A stretch of DNA of 64,000 nt from Candidatus Pacearchaeota archaeon. GTDB lineage: Archaea; Nanobdellota; Nanobdellia; Pacearchaeales; GW2011-AR1. Every line of letters starts with the position of its first letter. Positions within the stretch are counted from its first letter, which is position 1. The DNA lies in assembly GCA_023144035.1 (NCBI GenBank), contig JAGLGM010000001.1, positions 1,091 through 65,090 on the forward strand. Reading direction: 5' to 3'. This document shows, in pieces, positions 60,058-64,000 of the stretch. Under the pieces are notes generated by a model. The model searched no databases. It worked only from the letters and a program-made list of their open reading frames with translations, and had not been told where the DNA came from. The translations under genes and the position numbers were made by a program.

Positions 60058-60144
60058 CCCCTTTATGCGAAGTTACTACGTCTACGAGCATCATGCTACT
60101 TCTTCTCCCTTTATGCGAAGTTACTACGTCTACGAGCATCATGC
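60058..60144. repeat. tandem duplication: two identical 38-bp units (ccctttatgcgaagttactacgtctacgagcatcatgc) 49 bp apart between two genes
   Basis: 60058..60096 and 60107..60144; each unit on minus strand reads ...GCATGATGCTCGTAGACG...AAAGGG i.e. copies of the stop/RBS/ATG junction. Confidence 0.8.
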
Positions 60145-60453
60145 AACCTCCTCTCCTTTTTCATCTAAGTATTTCATAAATTCATCTTCTGTTAATTCTT
60201 TTTCATTAATATCTGAGCCTATCCATTTACACTTTCTACATTCCCACTCCTTTCCTCCACCTTGTTCTGCATCACTATTACTTAAAACAAGTCCAACATC
60301 ATCACTTCCACATTTAGGACATTCTCTAATCTTGAATGTCTTTCCTGTTTTCTTCTCAGACTTAACTCCTTTTGCTTTTTCATAATCAGCTTTTGAATCA
60401 TATCCTTCTATTATCCAGTCTGGTGTTTTCATTTTTTCTTTTTTCTTTGCCAT
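60139..60453 (-). CDS. zinc-ribbon hypothetical protein
   Basis: CPKCGSDD...CRKCKW. Confidence 0.4.
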   Translation of the reverse strand: MAKKKEKMKTPDWIIEGYDSKADYEKAKGVKSEKKTGKTFKIRECPKCGSDDVGLVLSNSDAEQGGGKEWECRKCKWIGSDINEKELTEDEFMKYLDEKGEEVA

Positions 60454-60454
60454 T

Positions 60455-61036
60455 TTATTTGTTTAATTCTTCTTTTAATTGATTTAAATTTTTAAATAAA
60501 ATCATTTTCATTCCTAATTCTTTTGCAGGAGAAACATTTTCTTCTAAATCATCTATATAAATACATTCTTTTGGTTCAACATCTAACTGTTGTACAACTT
60601 CTTTAAATATTTCAATATTAGGTTTAGCGACTTTAAAATCATAGGAGGTAACAATAACATCAAAAATTTCACCTAAATTATGTTTCTCATTAATCTCTTT
60701 AAACCAATCTTCAAGATGATTAGAAACTAAAGCTAACTTATAATTATCTTTTAGTTTTTTAGCAAATTCTAATACTTCTAATTTAAAATTAAATGAATCT
60801 ATTAACTTAGAACGAAAGGTTTCAGAATCAACTGCTAAAAACTCTGCACATTTTTCCCAAAATACTTTTGAATCAATTTCATTTACTTGTGCTTTAGATC
60901 TATTTTCCTCAGCTAATTTCATAAATTCTTCTGGATCTTTATTTAATTCAAGAGCATAACTTTTACAAAAAGAATCTATTTTTCCGGGAGTACATAAAAC
61001 CCCTCCATAATCAAAAATTATTGCTTTATATTCCAT
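60455..61036 (-). CDS. HAD-superfamily hydrolase
   Basis: motif I IIFDYGGVL, motif III K, motif IV IYIDDLEENV. Confidence 0.65.
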   Translation of the reverse strand: MEYKAIIFDYGGVLCTPGKIDSFCKSYALELNKDPEEFMKLAEENRSKAQVNEIDSKVFWEKCAEFLAVDSETFRSKLIDSFNFKLEVLEFAKKLKDNYKLALVSNHLEDWFKEINEKHNLGEIFDVIVTSYDFKVAKPNIEIFKEVVQQLDVEPKECIYIDDLEENVSPAKELGMKMILFKNLNQLKEELNK

Positions 61037-61053
61037 CTTAAACGTCTAACTCA

Positions 61054-61144
61054 GCCTCCTTTGCATTTTCTTTATGCGAAACATTTCTTTGTGAGCGTCT
61101 ATGAAAATGCTTATACATCAAGCTCTGCCTCCTTTGCATTTTCT
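61054..61144. repeat. 18-20-bp direct repeat of gyrB 3' end (gcctcctttgcattttct) 73 bp apart
   Basis: 61054..61071 downstream of gyrB stop and 61127..61144 inside gyrB C-terminal codons (ENAKEA). Confidence 0.7.
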
Positions 61145-62988
61145 TGAATAAATTCTTTCCTACCTTGAACATCGTCACCCATTAACATTGCAAACACCCT
61201 ATCTGCTTCAACAGCATCCTCAATATATATTTTCTTAATCTTTCTAGTATTAGGATTCATAGTCGTGTCCCAAAGTTGTTGAGAACCCATTTCACCAAGA
61301 CCTTTAAATCTTGTAATATTAGTTGTATTTAATCTTTCCATTGTTCTCTTAAGTTCAGCATCAGAATAAACATAATAATCTTTTTTCTTTCTAATCCTAT
61401 ATAATGGAGGTAAAGCAACATATACATTACCATTTTTAATTAACTCTGGCATAAATCTAAAAAAGAAAGTTAACAACAATGTCTTAATATGTTCACCGTC
61501 AACATCTGCATCACACATAATCACAATTTTATTATATCTTAATCTTTCTAAATTAAATTGATCACCTACTCCTGTTCCAACAGCTGTAATCATATTTGTT
61601 ATTTCTTCACTTGATAATACTTTTATAGGATTTGCTTTTTCAACATTTAATATTTTTCCTTTTAGTGGAAGTATTGCTTGAATTTCTTTATTTCTAGCAT
61701 CTTTGGCAGTTCCTGCAGCTGATAAACCTTCAACAATATAAATTTCAGTATTATCTGCTTTTTTATTTGAACAATCTGCTAATTTACCAGGTAAACCTCC
61801 TAATGAAAAAACATTTTTCCTTCTAACTAATTCTCTTGCTTTTTTAGCAGCTAATCTTGCTTTTGCAGCTTCTGAAACTTTTGACACAATTTTATTTGCA
61901 ATAGTTGGGTTTTCTTCAAAAAACTCTGACAAAGCAGAAGTTACAGCAGAATCTACAAAACCTTTTACTTCAGAATTACCTAACTTTGTTTTAGTCTGTC
62001 CTTCAAATTGAGGATCAGGTATTTTTACACTTACTATAGCTGTTAAACCTTCTCTAACATCATCACCAGATAAATTCCCATTTTTCAAAGTTCCTTTACT
62101 TTTACCATAATCATTAATAACTCTTGTCAAAGCTGTTTTAAAACCAGAAACATGAGTTCCTCCTTCAATAGTATTAATTGTATTTACAAATCCAAAAATA
62201 TTATCTTGATAACCATTATTATATTGAATTGCAATTTCTAAAACAGTTCCACTTATTTCTTTTTTAAAATAAATTGGTTTATGATAAACTTCTTTAGATT
62301 TATTTATCCATTTTACAAATTCCATTAATCCTCCAGAAGCAAAAAATTCAAATTTCTTATCTTTAATTTTATCTTCTAAAGATATTTTTAATCCTGCATT
62401 TAAAAAAGTAATTTCTCTAAACCTAGTTTCTAAAACTTTATAATCAAAATCAACAGTAGAAAATATTTCATCATCAGGCCAAAAAGTAACATCAGTTCCA
62501 GTCTCACTTGTTTTCCCAATTACTTTTAATTTTGTTTTTGTATTTCCTTTAGAATATTCTTGAGAATAAATTTTTCCATCCTTTTTTATATTAGCAATTA
62601 GTTTTTTAGATAAAGCATTTACAACAGAAATCCCTACACCATGTAAACCACCTGAAATTTTATAAGAATCTTTATCAAACTTTCCACCAGCATGTAATTT
62701 AGTTAATGCTACTTCAACAGCAGGAATTTTATAAACAGGATGTTTTTCTATTGGAATTCCTCGCCCATCATCTTCAACTGTTACAGAACCATCTTTATTT
62801 AAAATAACTTTAATTTTTTTACAATGTCCTGCTAAAGCTTCATCAACAGAATTATCAACTACTTCATAAATTAAATGATGTAATCCAGTCTTACCAGTAG
62901 ACCCAATGTACATTGCGGGACGTTTTCTTACCCCCTCAAGACCTTCTAAAACTTTTATTTTTGATGCATCATATGTATTTGCTGCCAT
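61111..62988 (-). CDS. gyrB: DNA gyrase subunit B
   Basis: GHKL ATPase motifs YEVVDNSVDEALAG, DDGRGIP, GLHGVG; Toprim EGDSA-like region; 625 aa, no intein. Confidence 0.9.
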   Translation of the reverse strand: MAANTYDASKIKVLEGLEGVRKRPAMYIGSTGKTGLHHLIYEVVDNSVDEALAGHCKKIKVILNKDGSVTVEDDGRGIPIEKHPVYKIPAVEVALTKLHAGGKFDKDSYKISGGLHGVGISVVNALSKKLIANIKKDGKIYSQEYSKGNTKTKLKVIGKTSETGTDVTFWPDDEIFSTVDFDYKVLETRFREITFLNAGLKISLEDKIKDKKFEFFASGGLMEFVKWINKSKEVYHKPIYFKKEISGTVLEIAIQYNNGYQDNIFGFVNTINTIEGGTHVSGFKTALTRVINDYGKSKGTLKNGNLSGDDVREGLTAIVSVKIPDPQFEGQTKTKLGNSEVKGFVDSAVTSALSEFFEENPTIANKIVSKVSEAAKARLAAKKARELVRRKNVFSLGGLPGKLADCSNKKADNTEIYIVEGLSAAGTAKDARNKEIQAILPLKGKILNVEKANPIKVLSSEEITNMITAVGTGVGDQFNLERLRYNKIVIMCDADVDGEHIKTLLLTFFFRFMPELIKNGNVYVALPPLYRIRKKKDYYVYSDAELKRTMERLNTTNITRFKGLGEMGSQQLWDTTMNPNTRKIKKIYIEDAVEADRVFAMLMGDDVQGRKEFIQENAKEAELDV

Positions 62989-63215
62989 TTTTTCTTATTT
63001 TTCGTTTTGGATAGCTTTTGCTAAATGTTTAGTTTTTGGTATTAATTTCGAGTAAAAATCTACTCTAGATTATTCTTAATTCCACCTAAAAAAAGGTGAA
63101 ATCCTTTATAAATCTTTCTACCTCTAAATTGCATTCACCGTCGATAAAATAGACTAATTTTGCTAATTGACTTAATTACAACAATCTTTAAAAATAATGT
63201 AAATAATCAAAAATT

Positions 63216-63482
63216 ATGAAAAAAATAAGTATTTTTACGATAGTTTTAATATTAATATTAACTACAACCTTGTTTTTTTTATTAACAAATTCTAATAATT
63301 CCTTAAGTTATTATATGCATACAAAAGCTATTTGTAATGATACTAATTTTTGCCAAGATTATATGATTTCATGTGACAAAAATAAATTACTTATGACAAC
63401 TCCAATAACAGGTGCTGCAATACAACTTCCTTTAGATTGGCAAGACCCAAGAAATGAAGTAGATCAAAAATTATGTAATTAA
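63216..63482 (+). CDS. small secreted Cys-containing protein
   Basis: 88 aa, signal-peptide-like N-terminus. Confidence 0.35.
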   Translation: MKKISIFTIVLILILTTTLFFLLTNSNNSLSYYMHTKAICNDTNFCQDYMISCDKNKLLMTTPITGAAIQLPLDWQDPRNEVDQKLCN

Positions 63483-63483
63483 T

Positions 63484-63810
63484 TTATTTTTTAGAAACAG
63501 TTTTATTTTCTTTAGCTTCTGGCTTTAAATTCTCTTTCTTAACTTTTTCTTTCACAACTTCTTTTACTTCTTCTTTTACAACTTCTTTTACTTCTTCTTT
63601 TGGAATTTCAGAAACAACTTCTTCTTTAACTACTTTTGAAACTTTTTTATCTTTCTTATCTTTTAAAATCCATCTAACTTTTCTTCGTTTCATCTTTTTA
63701 TTTTTTCTACACTTTGAAGAACATAAATAATTTATACTTCCATCTTTTCCAACTAAAGTTAATCCTTTTGGAAATTCATAATCTTTACCACAATAAACAC
63801 ATTTAGGCAT
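63484..63810 (-). CDS. rpl24e: 50S ribosomal protein L24e (start at internal MPKC, GGAGGT SD upstream)
   Basis: MPKCVYCGKDYEFPKGLTLVGKDGSINYLCSSKCRKN zinc-ribbon of L24e; K/E-rich tail; listed ORF 63484..63864 has 18 extra N-terminal residues. Confidence 0.7.
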   Translation of the reverse strand: MPKCVYCGKDYEFPKGLTLVGKDGSINYLCSSKCRKNKKMKRRKVRWILKDKKDKKVSKVVKEEVVSEIPKEEVKEVVKEEVKEVVKEKVKKENLKPEAKENKTVSKK

Positions 63811-63991
63811 TTTTACCTCCATAGGTAACAGCCAAGACATATGAGCTACAATCCATAGCACCAATATTAAGAGGTATTAATCCCAGAACATGATAATTAC
63901 TTAAATTTTCTTCTAATTTTTCTGCTTGAAATTTACTTAAAGAAGGAGATTCAATAACTTTATCTGGATTTTTATCAATTTTATTTTTCAT
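63803..63991 (-). CDS. hypothetical protein, possibly C-terminal part of gene continuing beyond window
   Basis: 62-aa ORF at window edge. Confidence 0.2.
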   Translation of the reverse strand: MKNKIDKNPDKVIESPSLSKFQAEKLEENLSNYHVLGLIPLNIGAMDCSSYVLAVTYGGKNA

Positions 63992-64000
63992 GTCTTCAGT

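Overview
This 64 kb window is strongly AT-rich and looks archaeal. It encodes aIF2-gamma, aIF5B, ribosomal proteins S6e, L24e and uS10, SerRS, gyrase A and B, a TrmB-type regulator and many small zinc-ribbon proteins. The gene content suggests a DPANN-like archaeon, which is an inference. Coding is dense on both strands. I saw no rRNA and no CRISPR array, and one tRNA, tRNA-Asp(GUC). The left ~11 kb (1..11223) looks accessory and integrative. A tyrosine integrase abuts the tRNA. Inside lie a small serine recombinase, a 586-aa unknown protein whose 3' end carries 10-bp-phased GTGACGA repeats, a ribbon-helix-helix protein, and a four-gene minus-strand operon: membrane protein, PD-(D/E)xK nuclease-like, HEPN-like, and Zn-ribbon/HEPN. 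Three toxin-antitoxin modules are scattered through the window: RelE/RHH at 11.3-11.8 kb, HepT/MntA at 20.7-21.3 kb and a VapB-like pair at 47.3-47.8 kb. The HepT/MntA pair sits in a 1.1 kb cassette flanked by 49-bp direct repeats of the 3' end of the cyclophilin gene. A 12.9 kb gene at 29911..42819 encodes a 4302-aa surface protein with cadherin-like and Ig-like repeats, many N-glycosylation sequons, a TM anchor and a ~440-aa poly-Lys/Arg cytoplasmic tail. It starts 2 bp after a 48-aa RHH/VapB-like gene that has an inverted-repeat operator, and a 271-aa mini-paralog lies just upstream. gyrA carries two inteins: an HNH-type intein at a non-classical site and a LAGLIDADG intein at the classical MRY|TE site. 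Other notable points are 19-20 bp copies of the gyrA and gyrB 3' ends a short distance away, a promoter-like motif repeated before three small genes, a UUCG-hairpin tandem repeat upstream of aIF5B, a solo Cas4-like nuclease, and an N-terminal-only Dph2 fragment.
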